From: Octopus sinensis
Lineage: Eukaryota
NCBI RefSeq assembly: GCF_006345805.1
Contig: NW_021833435.1
Span: 8,929 to 72,928 of the forward strand
DNA: 64,000 bases
Direction of reading: 5' to 3'
A program made the translations under genes and the position numbers. Below, one piece after another: positions 33,901-48,651 of this stretch. Position 1 is the stretch's first letter. Each line of letters begins with the position of its first letter. The notes beneath the pieces were generated by a model, which did not search any database, was not told where the DNA came from, and saw only the letters and a list, made by a program, of their open reading frames with translations.

Positions 33901-36900
33901 ATCTTAAAACCAAAGTGCTGCGTAAAAAGCATTGGGGTTGGTGCCATGAAAAATACACCCAGTACACTCTCTAAAGTGGTTTGCATGGGGCATGGGTGGC
34001 ATTCAGCTATAAAAACGAAGCCAAAACAGACTATGGAAGCTGGTGTTACCAGTTCCTGTCAAGCTGTCAAAATCATACCAGTATAGAACAGACATTGAAT
34101 GATGATGATAATGATAGTCAAAATGACATGGGTTACAGTGATAATAATCTCTATAGACCCACCTAGATTGGTGAGATGTTGGTGAATATCTGCAGGAATA
34201 ACATTCCATGTACACCTTGGTGTGGCTGTCCTCAGCCATGCACACTCTGTAGCACCTGTCCTCATTTGTGCACAACTTGATGCAGCTGTCCTCTTCCATG
34301 TGCAACTTAATGCAGCTGCCCTAATCCATGCACAACTGGATGAAACTGCCATCATCCATGTACAACTTAATGCAGCTATCCTTATCAATGTGCACCTTGG
34401 TGCAGCTGTCCTTATCCATGCTTGCCTTGAAACAGCTGTCTTTGTTCATGTGCACCTTGAGGCAACTGTCCTAATCCATGCACACTTTGATGTAGCTAGT
34501 CCTCATGTGTGCAGCTTGATGCAGCTATCCTTGTCCATGTGCACCTTGATGCAGCTTTCCATACCATGCTCACTTTGATGCTCTTATCCTAATCCATGTG
34601 CACCTTGATGCAGTTGTCCTCATCCATGTGCACCTTGATGCAGCTGTGCTCATCCATGCACACTGAGGCAGCTGTCCTCACCCACATGCATTGTGAGGCA
34701 GTTGTCCTCGTCCTTGTGCACCATGATGCAGCTGAGATAGGTAGGGGGATGAAGTAGTGAAGTACTCTGCATATAAGGCTGTATGTATATTTTGTTGACA
34801 TGTACAAGATTATTATGTATGAGTTAAAAAGAGTGAATGTGAGGATCAATCCTTATGGTAGTACATATGGAGAAATTGCAAGCTACCGAGGTAGCAACCT
34901 GAGAGATAGCTTGCCTATCAGCATTCTGTCTTGTTTCCTATTTGTTGTGTGTGCAGAGCTATTACATTATGGCAGATTGACTAAAGATGAAAGTAAAAAT
35001 GTGAAATTCCTTCTTCCATCTATTGTAATCACACTTTATTTTAGTTTTTTTTATTTCATGTGACATCATGCATTTTGTGGAGAAAATATAGAGTAATACC
35101 TCATTTTATGAGGACCTCCCTTATGAGACCCTGGGTTTATGAGTTTTATTTTCCAAGCACAAGTTCTTAAACAAAGGGCAAAAGTTTCTACTACAATAAT
35201 AAATGGTTCTACATGTTACCGAGAAATTTATAGAGAGCAAAAAACAGCTTCTTCTATGCAAACAACTCTAGATTTGCTTTTTAAAAAGAAATCTTCCAGT
35301 CCATCTATGAATGCTTGTGAATCGGTGATTGCATCTACTAGCGACGGTGTGTATGGGTGTAATGCAAGTGAAATTGGGGATTTGTGCTGGTGACTGGACA
35401 GGTTCCTGTGCTGGTGGCGCACCCACAACACTCTCGGAGTGGTTGGTGTTAGGAAGGGCATCCAGCTGTAGAAACTCGGCCAGATCAGATTGGAGCCTGG
35501 TGCAGCCAACTGGTTCGCTAGTCCTCAGTCAAGTTGTCCAACCCATGCTAGCATAGAAAGTGGACATTAAACGATGATGATAATGATGATCTTGACATTC
35601 TTCTTACTTTACATATAATATTCTTTATATTCTTCTGTTGTATAATTGCTATTTATTTATAAGTATTGTAAATTTTATCGGTAAAACATTTTTCTGGGAA
35701 CGAATTACAATTTATAACATTGCTACTATGGGAAATCATTGCTCTGCTTTACGAGTGGTCCCCAGGAATAAATCAACTTGTATATGAGGGCATTACTGTA
35801 TGTTTGTCTCTTGCATGCTTATCAACAGTTTATTCATTGATGCCCAAATATTGATATCCATGAACAAACAATCTTGAGAGAAAGCATGTTCAAATGCATG
35901 TGTATGATAGACTTTTGCATAGTTTATGCCAACCAAATTTCACTAGCAGGACTTTGTTCATTGCAAAGTTGCAGTTGAAAATTGGTATTTCCTTATTATA
36001 TATATACTCAGGGTGCTCTGGTTAAATTTGATTATTATTATTATTATTATTATTCTATGTTTGACTTTTGCTTTATGTCTGTACAAGTTGGCTCCAAGTC
36101 TCACCCAGAGACCTCAAGAGACAACAGGTTGGAAGTTCACGTTGTTGTTATGCCTAGCATGCCATATATTTGGGGGTTTTTTTGGTGTTGTACTAGTGAA
36201 TGTCTAATACATAAAAAAAAAAAGTTTGTTTTAAACCTTGGGATTACATAGAAAGTATTTTGCGTAGGATATGAGCAGTTCCCATGAGCACTGTCTTTTG
36301 AATTTCTGCCATTTTGGGGTTTCCTGGTATCTGAGTTAGGTAGCAATCAGTCCCAGGGCACCTATGACAACAGGTATTGTTTTAGTCTTCAGCTTCCACA
36401 TTTTGCTGATTTCTATTTCAAGATCTTTATATTAGCTCAGTTTTTGGTAGGTCTTGACAGATATGTTTATATTGATTGGGACAGTCATATCAATGAGGAG
36501 GCATGTTCTTTGTCTGAAGTCTTTCAATATGATGTCTGGCCTATTTGAATCTATCTTTCTGTCAGTTTGAATGGTGAAGTTCCAGAGGAGTGAGATGTGG
36601 TCATTTTCAAGCACTGGAGGTGGATTGTGTTCCCACCAGTTTTTTTCATGGGGCAAATCCAGGTTTTTGCAAATTACCCAGTGAATATATTGTGCAGCTC
36701 TATCATGCCTGTTGAGGTACTCTGTAGGTGCTAGAAGACTGCATTTGGAGACAACATGATCAATGGTTTCATTTTGTTGTCGGCATACATGACATGTTGG
36801 GCTACTGCCGTTCTTTAATATGTTGGCCTGGTAGTTTCTTGTTGGTAGGCATTGATCTTGAGCTGCTATGATAAACCCCTCTGTTTCAGATTTTAAGTCA

Positions 36901-39845
36901 GAGGCCATTAGCCATTGATGGGTCAGGGCTTTGTCAATATCTGCATTATTCGCTCTCTTTGGGTATTTGCCATAGAGAGGTTTTTCTTGTCATTTATTAT
37001 TCAGAATATCTAAGGCCGCAGTTTTGGCATGGGTTTTCATGCGCCTAGCTTTTTCTGTGCTTGTTTCTTGTATGTCTATCTCTAATTCCGAAATTGGTTG
37101 TATTTGGAATTCACTTAGATATTCCTGTGCCTGTTTTGTTACTGAGTATGATGCTTTCTTGTTTTCATGTTTTGAGACAAGTTTTAACATCCAGTCCTCA
37201 GACTTTTTCAGGTAGGTGTCTAGGCCAATTGTAGCAATCTTCGTTGTTATTGCCAGTTGCAAAAGACCACGGCCTCCCTTTTTTCTTGGCAGATAAAGTC
37301 GTTCTGTATCTGCCTTAGGGTGGTGCATTCTATGCATTGTCAACAGTTTTCTTATTTTACTGTCGAGCTGACATATTTCAGTAATTGACCAGTTAACGAT
37401 ATTGAAACTGTAAGTCACGACTGGTATGGCTAATGCATTGATCACTTCGATCCTGTTTCTTGCATTCAGCTCTGTCTTGAGTATTGCTCTCACTCTTCGA
37501 TAGCATTCTCTCCTGATCCTTTCCTTCATCTCTGAATGCCTTATTCCGTTCCCTTCAATTACCCCTAGGTACTTGTAGCTCTCCGCTGGGTCTAGTTCTT
37601 TTATGACATTCTGCTGGTCAAGATTAATGTTAGATGTTTCTGTCATTTTTCCTTTGATAAAGGTAGCTTTTGCACATTTATCGAGGCCAAATTACATTCT
37701 GATGTCGTCACTGAATTGTTTGACTATCGCTAGTAAGCCCTTGAGTTGTTGGTCATTTTTTGCAAAGAGCTATAAATCATCCATGTAAATGAGATGATTT
37801 ATATTTTTATCAAACATTTTATACCCGTACTGCGCGTCATTGAGCAGTTTTGAGAGCCTTAAGGTTTTTCAAATATTCAATGTCAGATCTAAATAGTTTA
37901 ATTTGTTGTTGCAGACGCTCTTGCCAAGAAGGCTTTTTGTGGGAATGTTGCCGTTTTCTAATCTTTTCATCACATAGGATCGTTGAGATTTTCGCGGATG
38001 CATAGTATAGGTGGTTGAGATTTGTGATATCAACATCATTAGCTGAAATTATATCCTTAAGTGCGAGCCGGATTTTACCAATTATTTTCATGTTTTGGTT
38101 AGAGTTGCGGATTTTATGGAGTGTATCACGTTCATCCATGCTGGTTTCTTTAATTTTCAGCCATTCAATCATGATTTGATTTTTTAGTTCATGTAGTTCT
38201 GTTGGGTCAATATTTGTGTGACTTTCTTTATCTATTTGATGTTCATCTGTCTTAGTGTCTATGATTGGTTCAGGGAGTATTTCACTTTGTCTATCACTTA
38301 TACTAACTCTTTCAATCCTTACTTCGTTTTTATCAGCCCTGGGCTGGTCTATAATTATTTCCTCTGTATTATCTTCTCTAGCTGCAGCTTCGTTCATTTT
38401 ATCTGATATTGCTTGTCTAACTTGATCAATCTCTACTTCAGTCAGTAATTTTTTTTTATAATGTTTCTTCTGACGTTGGCAAGTTTGTTACTGTGTATGT
38501 AGGGTCTTACTTCAGGGTGTTTCTGTCTCCAGTTTAAGTATGTTTGTACAGTGTTAGATTTATCTGTGGGGAAATATATGGCATGGTAGAAGGCCTCAAG
38601 AACTTCTTTATTATCTTCCCTAGACCATTTTTCCTTCTTTTTCTTTTGATTATTTGGTGACAAGCATGGATGGCCATCTGTTGGAATATTCCGGTTGTGG
38701 GGTACGTCCAGCTCCTGTGTGTTGAGAAGATTTGATCCAGTAGCTGATTTTTCAATCAGAATTTGGTTCAATATTCAGGTACATGGTCTTTTGTAATCCA
38801 TGCAACAACCAATGCGATTTATTGTTTGATTTGTTGACATTGAAGCATGACAAGCTTCCATTCTTATATTAGGAGATGGATCTGTCAGTTTAGGGTTCTC
38901 TACACATAAGCATTGCTTGTAGCGCAGCTTCTTAAGGCTAGCAGATCTGTATTTGTCTGTATTTTTTTTGTTGATAGTTTTATCTTGGAACATTTTTTTT
39001 CCCCTTCTCTTCCTTTTTTCCTCTCTCTTTCTCTCTATCTCCTTCCCCTTTTTCCTTCCTTCTTTTCCCTTCCTCTTTTAAACTTATAAAAGGCTCACTC
39101 TGCCTGTATTAGTTCCCAATAATGAGAATAGAATACAGAGAAAGAAAATAAAAAACAAGGGATCTGTCAGTTATTATTGTTATTACTATCACCTTCATCA
39201 CCATCATCATCATCATCAATGACATTGTTTTATGTGTAGTCACAGCCACCATCAACACCACTACTGCCATTGTGTGGGGGAATGGTTGGTTAAAGAGGTC
39301 ATGGTCTATGGGTCTATAAATAGATTCAGCAGATGGTGGAGACAAAGGACATTAATAGTCAGTAAAAGGTCAAACCTGTTTACATTTATTTATTTTTTTT
39401 TTCCTTTCTCTTTTCTTCCTTTCCACATACATATGTATATGTATATGTTTACTCACACACACATATTATCTGATGTTTATGTCAATGATTTTTTTTTTTT
39501 TTTAATTTCTGAAATCAATGTTATGTATATATTTTTTTAATTTCTGAATTCAGTTGTATGTATATATTAGCAGGTGCTTAATTCCATAATTTTTTATCAT
39601 GCATTTAATTGTGTTGTTACAATAAAAGGCAATTTTACACATTCTTATAGTCATGAGAGAAGACTAAATGTAAATGTTCACACAGAATTGGAGATATTTA
39701 TGTTTCTAATTTTTCTTGTTAGGTGTACGTTTGTATGAGCTGTAGATATGTAAGTTCCTTAACTTATTTTGAGGGAAATTCAAATTACTCACAGAAAACA
39801 GTAGATCTTCCAGTTTTCTACAGTTGTTTTTTTTTTTTATTATTA

Positions 39846-39887
<42 letters not shown>

Positions 39888-42800
39888 GTCTCCTTTTGTC
39901 AGAAGCTATTTTATGTATTGGTGAGCAGTCAACAGCATTGGAGAGCATAAGGATTAAAGTTGTAGTGGAGAAAAAGTTAGTTGGCATAGAGGACCGAAAG
40001 CCATCTGAATATTGGAAAAGAGTTATCTGTATGATGATGATTCCTGCTGGGTATCAAAACGCTGACATCATGACTGCCACTCAATGCTCTGTGAACATTG
40101 TAAAGGCTATAAAATGTGACAGACATTATGGAAACAAAGTTCCCCAAAACTTTGATGGTTCTTTGGCTGTGTCTCCATGGAAGGTGATGTCATGCCATCC
40201 ATCTTTGAACAGGGCCTTTGGCTCAATTCAAATGGTCAATCAATGGAAATTGTAGTCGTGATCCCTGTGCCGGTGGCACGTAAAAAGAGAATTTCTATGA
40301 CTTCACCGGCCCCAAATTCTGGCCTCCTAATTCCCTTAATTATAATACCATAAATTAATGTGTGGGGCATGGTTGAGAAAGACACAAACTGCTCTACCTG
40401 AAACACCAAGATCAAGGACGTGTTCCAGGGCATAGTGAGGAACACATGTACCTTTCTCCAGAACCATCTTGAGGTCAAAGTGGAAACTGAGAGTGGCTAC
40501 TTTGAGTAAAAACTCTTACCTCCCAACCATAATCTAGTTGATATTTTGTTTTTTATAATACTTTATTGTTGGATGAGATATTGTATTTTCGTTTCCTTAT
40601 ATGCAAACTGTCGAATTTAGCTCTAATATAATTTATATGCACACACACACACATATTGTTCGTTCTTGTTTCATTTTAATTTTCTTTAATTTTTTTTATT
40701 TTCCTTATAAGGAATTCGAATTAGTTGTGATCTCATTCAGTGTTGTATCCCACAAACAACTTTCCCACAAAGAGCTGCCATCAGACTTCTATCATGTATA
40801 AATCATCACACTATTTCAGAAAAAGCCAATACATCATTCACGGTGAGTGTATAAAAAAGTTTTATCATTGTACATCATGTTAAAATAAATCCATTTGGTT
40901 CTATTACAGAAGACTGAGTGCTGTGCTTTGCAGGTTAATGTGATGCACCTAACAGATGACACTTCCACATTTGTAGGTGCAGACTTGGCTACATAGTAAG
41001 AAGTTTGCTTCCCAGCTGCATGGATCTGGGTTCAGTCCCACTGTGTGGCACCTTAAGCAAGCGTTTTCTACTATAGTCTTGGGCTGACCATCTGAAAGAA
41101 GCCCGTCATATAGATATATACATGTGTGTAAGGCGGCGAGCTGGAAGAAACATTAGCACGCCGGGTGAAATAATTATCGATATTTCGTCTACCGCTACGT
41201 TCTGAGTTCAAATTCCGCCGAGGGCGACTTTACCTTTCATCCTTTCGGGGTCGATAAATTAAGTACCAGTTACGCACTGGGGTCGATGTAATCGACTTAA
41301 TCCCTTTGTCCTTGTGTGTCCCTTCTATGTTTAGCCCCTTGTGGGCAATAAAGAAATAAGATATATACATGTGTGTGTTTTTGTGTCTGTGTTTGTACCC
41401 CACCACTGTTTGACAACCAGAGCCAGAGTAAGCGACATTGAATGAAATACAGTTATCTTTGATCATGTTTCACTCATTAGATTGGCGATGCTGGGACCCT
41501 GCCTTGAAGAGTGTTAGTTGAACAAATCATTGCCAGTGTTTATTTTTTTTAATCCTGGTATTTGATATATTAGTTCCTTTTGCCAATCTGCTAAGTCATG
41601 GGGATGTAAACAAACATAGATAGTCAAGCAATGGAGAGAGACAGACACAAGACATGCACACACAATGGGTTTCTTTCAGTTTCCATCTACAAAATCCACT
41701 TACAAGACTTTGGTCACCCCAAGGTTGTAGTAGAAAACATTTGCCCCAGGTGCTACAGAATGGGATTGAACCTAGAACTGTGTGGTTATGAAGCAAACCT
41801 CTTACCACCCAACCAGACTAATTTAATATGTTTGTGTACACTTGAACATAGAAAAGGCAATATGCTGCCCAAAGTGTCTTGAGCAAGGAAATTATTGTAG
41901 ATAATGCTGATGTAAACTCACCAATAGGCCGAGAAATTGTAAATTCAAATTTAACATCACATTGCATAACTCTGTTTGATTTCCTTTACAACACCAAATA
42001 TGTAAATTAATTATGTTTCTCGTTTAATATTTCAGAAATTAGTATTTCACTGGATTGTACTTGTCATGCCATACATGGATGCCTATGATAAGCTTCATGC
42101 AGTGTACAATGTGTTCTTTTATCTTCTCAGAAATTATGATATTGTAAGTATCCTTCTAATTCTTCTTCGGGTTTCTGTATACGGTTTATCTCTGATAAAA
42201 TTGCTAGAACTGCTAACCTTATTTTCTGATGTTATTTGGCTTGTAGTTGGTGCAAATTCTTGAGCAGAGATTTATTGCCATGCCTACATTTGTACATTAT
42301 CTCTTACTTCTTACAATTGATCAGTAACATGATATCTGTCTGTCTTTGTCATCTGATGTGTGACACACCTTGCACCTGTACAGGCAATGTCTATTTGAAA
42401 AGAATGAGCTTATGTACTGCACAATTATCAAATCACTATAAACACATCATCTGAGCAGGTTGTTCAGTGAATTACAAAACTCACATCTCTCATTTACAAT
42501 GGGAAAGTCCATTGTATGTGTACACATACATATATGTGAGTGTGGATTCATGCTATGAGGGGGTCATCCCCAGAGTGCTACTATGCAGCAAACTGGCCAA
42601 GAAGCAAAGCAGTTGATAATGTTTACAACACTTGTGCTGCTTTTCATTCATAACTATATTTAATCTTACATATTCTTTGCCGTGACCTCCCAGGAAATGA
42701 TTCTCACACTATTTGTATATACAGGGGTTGGACAAAATAATTGAAACACCTTAAAATTTCAAACAAATTTATTTTAACATGGGGTAAGTGCTGCCTTTGG

Positions 42801-45800
42801 CAGTAATTACAGCTTGAATTCTATGTGGTATGGGCTCATACAAAGTTTGAATTGTTTCTAAAGGAATTTTTGTCCATTCTTCACCTAAAACAGTCTCCAG
42901 TTTTTGTAGTTATGATGGTGGAGGATATCGACTCCTTACTCTTTTTTCTAAAATGCACCATAAATGTTCAATAATATTTAGATCTGGGGGACTGTGGTGG
43001 CCAGATAAGATGTTTTTTTTTTACTTCACTAAAATGTTCCTTGTGCCATTCAGTAATAACTATAGCTGTATGAATTGGTGCATTATCATCCTGAAAGATT
43101 GCAACCATAGGATGAATTTGATCAGGTAAAATGCTTAAATAGTCTTGACTATTAATTCTGCCATGAAGGGAAACCATTAGGCTGGTGGATTTCCAAGTTA
43201 TAGCCCCCCAGATCATCACAGATCTTCCTCCATGTTTCACAGATGGAAGAAGGCAGTCTGGGTTAAATGCTGTTTTTGGCTGTATCCACATGTATACTCA
43301 GCCAGTGGTCGGAAATTAGGTAAAGGATGACTCGTCTGAGAAAATAACATCCTTCCACTGTTCTAAGGACCAATTCTATAGGTTTTTACTCCACTCTAAA
43401 CACTTTGCAGCATTTTTTTTTGAAAGTAGTGGTTTTCTGATTGCAACCCTCCTGTGAAATCCGGCTTTGTGCAGCTCCTGGCAAACAGTTTTTGTGGAAA
43501 CTGGATTCTCGAGGTGGTCATTAAGGCATACGTAGAAACTCCATAAGATATACCTGGTGTAAGCTATGGACACATAAGAAGTGCAGCAAAGTCAAAGAAA
43601 GGTTAACTGGGAAGATTAGTTTTTGTGTGTGGCAGATGTACAGGTGCAATAAATGCCGAAGATGTACAGAAAACATTCCATCACATGCCAAGGGAGAAAA
43701 ACTAGTAGTTAACCGCTTCTGTTATCTAAGTGACCAAGTCAGTAGCGGGAGTGGATGCTCTGAGAGCGTGGCTGCTAGAATAAGACTGGCCTGGGCAAAG
43801 TTCAGAGAGCTCCTACCTCTGCTGGTAACAAAGGGCCTCTTGCTCATAGTAAAAGGTTGACTGTATGATGCCTGCATGTGAAAAGCCATGCTACTTGACG
43901 GTGGAACATGGGCGGCGACTGGTGAGGACATGCGTAGGCTTCTAAGACACAAATCTAGTATGCTCTGCTGGATGTGTAATGTCAGTGTGCATACATGATA
44001 GTGTAAAGCACCCTGTGGGAGAAGTTGGACATAAGAAGCATCAGATGTGGTGTGCGGGAGAGACAACTGCACTAGTATGGTCATGTGATGTGTATGGATG
44101 AGGACAGCTGTGTGAAGTGTCATACCCTAACAGTGAAGGGAACCTGTGGTAGAGGTAGACCAGGAAGACATGGGATGAGGTGGTGAAGCATGGCCTTCAA
44201 ACGTTGGGTCTCACAGGGGCAATGACAAGTGACTGAAATTTTTGGAGATCTGCTGTGCTTGAGAAGATCCGGCAAGCCAAATGAGATTGTAATTGTGGTT
44301 GATGTCAAGGTCACGTAACTGGCCTGTTTAAAAGCACCCTTCAATCGTTGGTCAATATGCTGTGCTTGAGAAGAACTGTTGAGTCAAGTGAAATCATTGT
44401 CATGGCTGACTGGCCTGTTCAACTGAGTGAATTTTAGTTATGGCTGATGCCAGTGCCACCTGAATGGTACCCATGCTGGTGGCACATAAAAAGCACCATT
44501 TGAGTGTGGCTGATGCCAGTGCAGCCTGACTAGCTTCTGTGCTTGTGGTATATAAAAATATAAAAGCACCCACTACACTCAGAGTGGTTGGCATTAGGAA
44601 GGGCATCCAGCTGTAAAAAACCTTGCCAGATCAGATTGGGGCCCAGTGCAGCCTCCCGCTTGTCCAACCCATGCCTATGTGGAAAGCGAACTTTAAATGA
44701 CGATGATGAACAGGTTTCTTTCAGTTTCCATCTACCAAATCCACTCATAGTACTTTGTTTGACCAAAGACTAGTGCCACATAGTTGGACTGAACCTGGAA
44801 TCATGTGGTTGGGAAGCAAACTTCTTAGCACAAAGCCATGCCTATCCATTCATCCATCCAACCAGTAGCCTGTCATCTGAAATGTAATTCTTTCATGACC
44901 ATATATCTTATAGACATACACTGCTTATGTCTTTCAATTTTTCAAATAGTCAAAAATTTTGAAGTAATTAACCATTTCTTGATGCTAATACCAGAACCAT
45001 AACTTCACAACAGTTTCTCATATAAAATCTATGCTGCAAAGTTTTAAATTAGTTCAGAATTCTTTAAAATGAATGATTTTTCTATTAAAGAAGCAGAGTG
45101 GATAACAAAACGGTTTGTATTAAACGCATTCTAGTCTACAGTTTATAACGGATTCCTTCTGCTCACATTTTGAAATTGTTTCTCTTCCTTCAGCTCCCAG
45201 AAATCTGTTACATTTTGAGTGAGCTGACTTTATATCCTGATGTTACATTATTCCGAATAAATGAACTGATTTTGTTGTGGAAGAAAACGGTAAAGTGTTT
45301 CAGTGACATTGTCATTTAATGCTATTTCCATACTCATTGTCTGTTCTGTAAATGCAAAAATATTGATTTGTGATGTGACTGGTGCCAAACAAATTTTGTG
45401 ACTAAGTGGAATTTCTAGAACGTTTTAAATTGCCAAGTTTCTCTTATCTATCCAACACAATCTTGAATATGTACTTTCTCTCTCTCATTTTATCCATGAA
45501 CTTTCACTCTCCTCTTCCCTCTCTCGCACTCACACACATTTGCAAGTATGTATCTGTGATTGTTCAAACTGTGTTGTCACTTCTGTAAACAAATTGCTTG
45601 TTACTTTGTTCTTGCAAAGTCATTTGATATAAGCGATGCTTTACTTGCAAATCACCTAAGGGTTAGTGACAGGAAGGGCATCCAACTGTAAAACAATGCC
45701 TTAGTCACATATATGTTTAAACAGTACTAGCATGGCAAAACACTGACCTGCTTGTACAGTTAAATGTGAACAGGCATTCCTTAAGGTTTGGTTCATTTGA

Positions 45801-48616
45801 TTAAGGTTCTTAGTAGTTCAGTGTTTGGATTAGTGATGTTTGTGTGTATGTCATTCCTGAGATTTGTCTCTTTGACTTGATATTCATCTTCTTTGAATTT
45901 CAGAAAAACTGAAGTGTACAAAAATCAAACATACAGACTATTTGTGCATGTGCTAGAATAACAAAATTATTACCAAGTCAATTGGTCTCTTGGTTAAATC
46001 ATAGGCCTTTTGACAGCCAGTGAGAAGGATCAAGTTAACTAATCAATTAGTTTCAGCTTTTGTTAAAGCCATCGTCAGGATTTGATTACTTGTTTACTGA
46101 GACACAAAAGTGTGCACCACTGACTGAACCAGACCTGACCTAATTTACATAAATGTTGCTAGAGTGGTTGAGCGTATTAATGAACTGCTACACTGACACA
46201 GCATATATGAGATTAGCTTCATAAACAGTTCCAATTTTGTATTTAATAAGCATATCTATATTCCCGTATGCCCATGGGCATATGGCGTAGTGGTAAAGAG
46301 TGCAAGCTACTAACCTCAAGATTCCGAATTCGATTCTAAGCAGTGACCTAAACAATAATAATAATAACATTGAAAAATACCTTAGGAATGAGAACCCAGG
46401 TTCGAAATTTCCCCAAGATAACTGAAGAAGGCTGTATTAACAACAAAGCTGAAGACAAATATCCGTCAAATGTAAATAATGTACATAATTCCTCATCTCT
46501 TAAATATAAAACTGTAATATCTATATCCATCTGCCTATCTGGCTATCATCTTCATCATTTTAATGTTGACTTCTCCATGCTTGATTCAACTACTTTGAAT
46601 GCTTTACAGTTAATATGGTTTACAAGAGCTGCTGGCTCTGTTGTCAGTATGATATCTGCCAACCAGCTGAAGAGTCAGAGTTTATACTCTGTAAGCATTA
46701 CTGCTCTATGTTTACAATGAAGGCACTTTACTCTGTTACATATCATAGACTGGAACTGTCTACTCCAGTAATCAGCATCTACATTATATAAGTTCTAAGA
46801 TCCTTATTTTCGTTTCTGCTGCCATCATTCCACACTGGACTCAATATTAATGAATGTAAGTTATATATCTTTTTCTCATTTGATGTTTTATCTTTTCAGG
46901 GGAATGTCCCTTCATTAATTGGTTTACTAACGAAATATAAGATGCTGCAGCCTGATAAATTAGGGCTGTCACTTCCAAAATATCAAGTAATTTTCTTTTT
47001 GTTTTTTCCATTTTTTTAACTATCAGTTTTACTTACACAAAGCTGCAAACACATAATGCTGTGCTCCAGCATGGCCTGAAATATATATACATAAATATTA
47101 TTACTGCCATTTATTATCATTTTAAAGGCAGGTAACTGACAGAATTGCTTGCAAACCAGGCAAGATGCTTACTGTAAATCCTTGAGTATAATCCGCATTT
47201 TTTCCCCAAAATTTAAAGGTCAAAATCCTTAGAGCATACTATGTACAAGGTTAAAAATGAAAAATATATTCTAAGCAATGTCCGAGTCTCTATTTGCTGT
47301 TTGGCAATGTTTATTCAGACGCATTTTGTGATGTCGGGCGCGAAAATACCTTAAGCTAAGCCTGAAAGCAATGAAGTCATAAAAGAATCATCTATAACTT
47401 GCAGTAAGCAACATTTATTAAAATAAAAGTATTCAGAACACAGAATAACATGTAACAAAAACAATTTGCAAACATATTTACATTCCCATATAACAGTTAA
47501 GAACATCACCATTATTGTATTATGCATGCGCGGAAGTGTTTGTTCGACTGGCTTAATTACGCACGACTCAAGTTAGAGAAGGAGTGTGTATTATACACAA
47601 GGTTTAGGTTTTCCAGAGGTACAGCCCCCTAAAAATCTCCTGCGTATTATACTCAAGGGTGGACTATACTCAAAGATTTACGGTAATGGTATTTCTCCTG
47701 TCTCTTCACATCCCAAGTTTGTTATACAACCAACAACTATGTTCTTTTTTATTCATATATCAATTTAATATCACGCTATCGATATACAGCTGATTTAGTG
47801 CCTTTTGACATCTTTCTGCATCTCTATCTTCTCCAGGAAGCTATGCAATTCATCTTCTATGAGGCTAGTTAATTTTTCAAATAATAGTAAGCATGGCAAA
47901 ACATAGATCTATATTTACTAATCTACCCTCGCTTTTCTTTATCCGTCTGTACTTGCACTGTATGCCAGGTACATGCATCACAACCACACGTGCAAAAATG
48001 GTGACCTCCTATCAAGACAAAATGTGCATGACATTACAGGTGGGGACCGAGTTTGAATTTTCTTCGGATTGAGTAGCCCCTCATGCTCAAAAGGTCCCTG
48101 AATAAGTGCTGTTTAAGGCTAAGGAATAAAACACCTTTGTTTCCACGGGTGAATTATTCAAGCACCCCCCCCCCCCCCAAACCCTCTCAATACATGGCTA
48201 TGATGCTCCCTCACTATTCTTGCTTTGATCAGAGATGCACATATCGTCAGCCACTAAGGGACATGCTCAACTGGTTGTGGTGAAACAGATGACAAGCAAA
48301 TCTGTGGTATTACCGAACATGACATTTGCTGTGGTCCATTTTTTGTACCAAGGCAAAACCTGTTTATGTTAACACTCCCAATCAGTTAACATCAGAAGCC
48401 ATGAGAACTGCTGCCTCTTATTGCATCGGGGCATTTATTATTATTATTAGTAGTAGTAATTCCTCTTGCTCTTTAATTTTTGAGTTCAAATTCCTCTAAA
48501 GTCAGCTTTGTCTTTTGTCCTTTCAGCATAAATAAAATAAGCACCAGCTTAGATGTAATCAACTAATCCTCCCCCATTGAAAATTGCTGCCCTTGTGCCA
48601 AAATTTGAAACCATTG

Positions 48617-48651
<35 letters not shown>

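Noticed and set aside
34200-34735. Regularly spaced 30-bp repeats as a possible CRISPR array
   Set aside because: Contiguous degenerate tandem units without unique spacers, in a eukaryotic intron, with no cas genes.
42260-42325. MPTFVHYLLLLTID resembling the CENP-I CPYVCHLLYLLT segment
   Set aside because: Absent from copy A, ends in a stop, weak splice sites; a better match exists at 45194-45289.
45406-45475. Possible CENP-I exon (ERFKLPSFSYLSNTILN) shared by both arms
   Set aside because: No good donor, a microsatellite expansion in copy A, and the expected peptide is fully supplied by exon 5 at 45194-45289.
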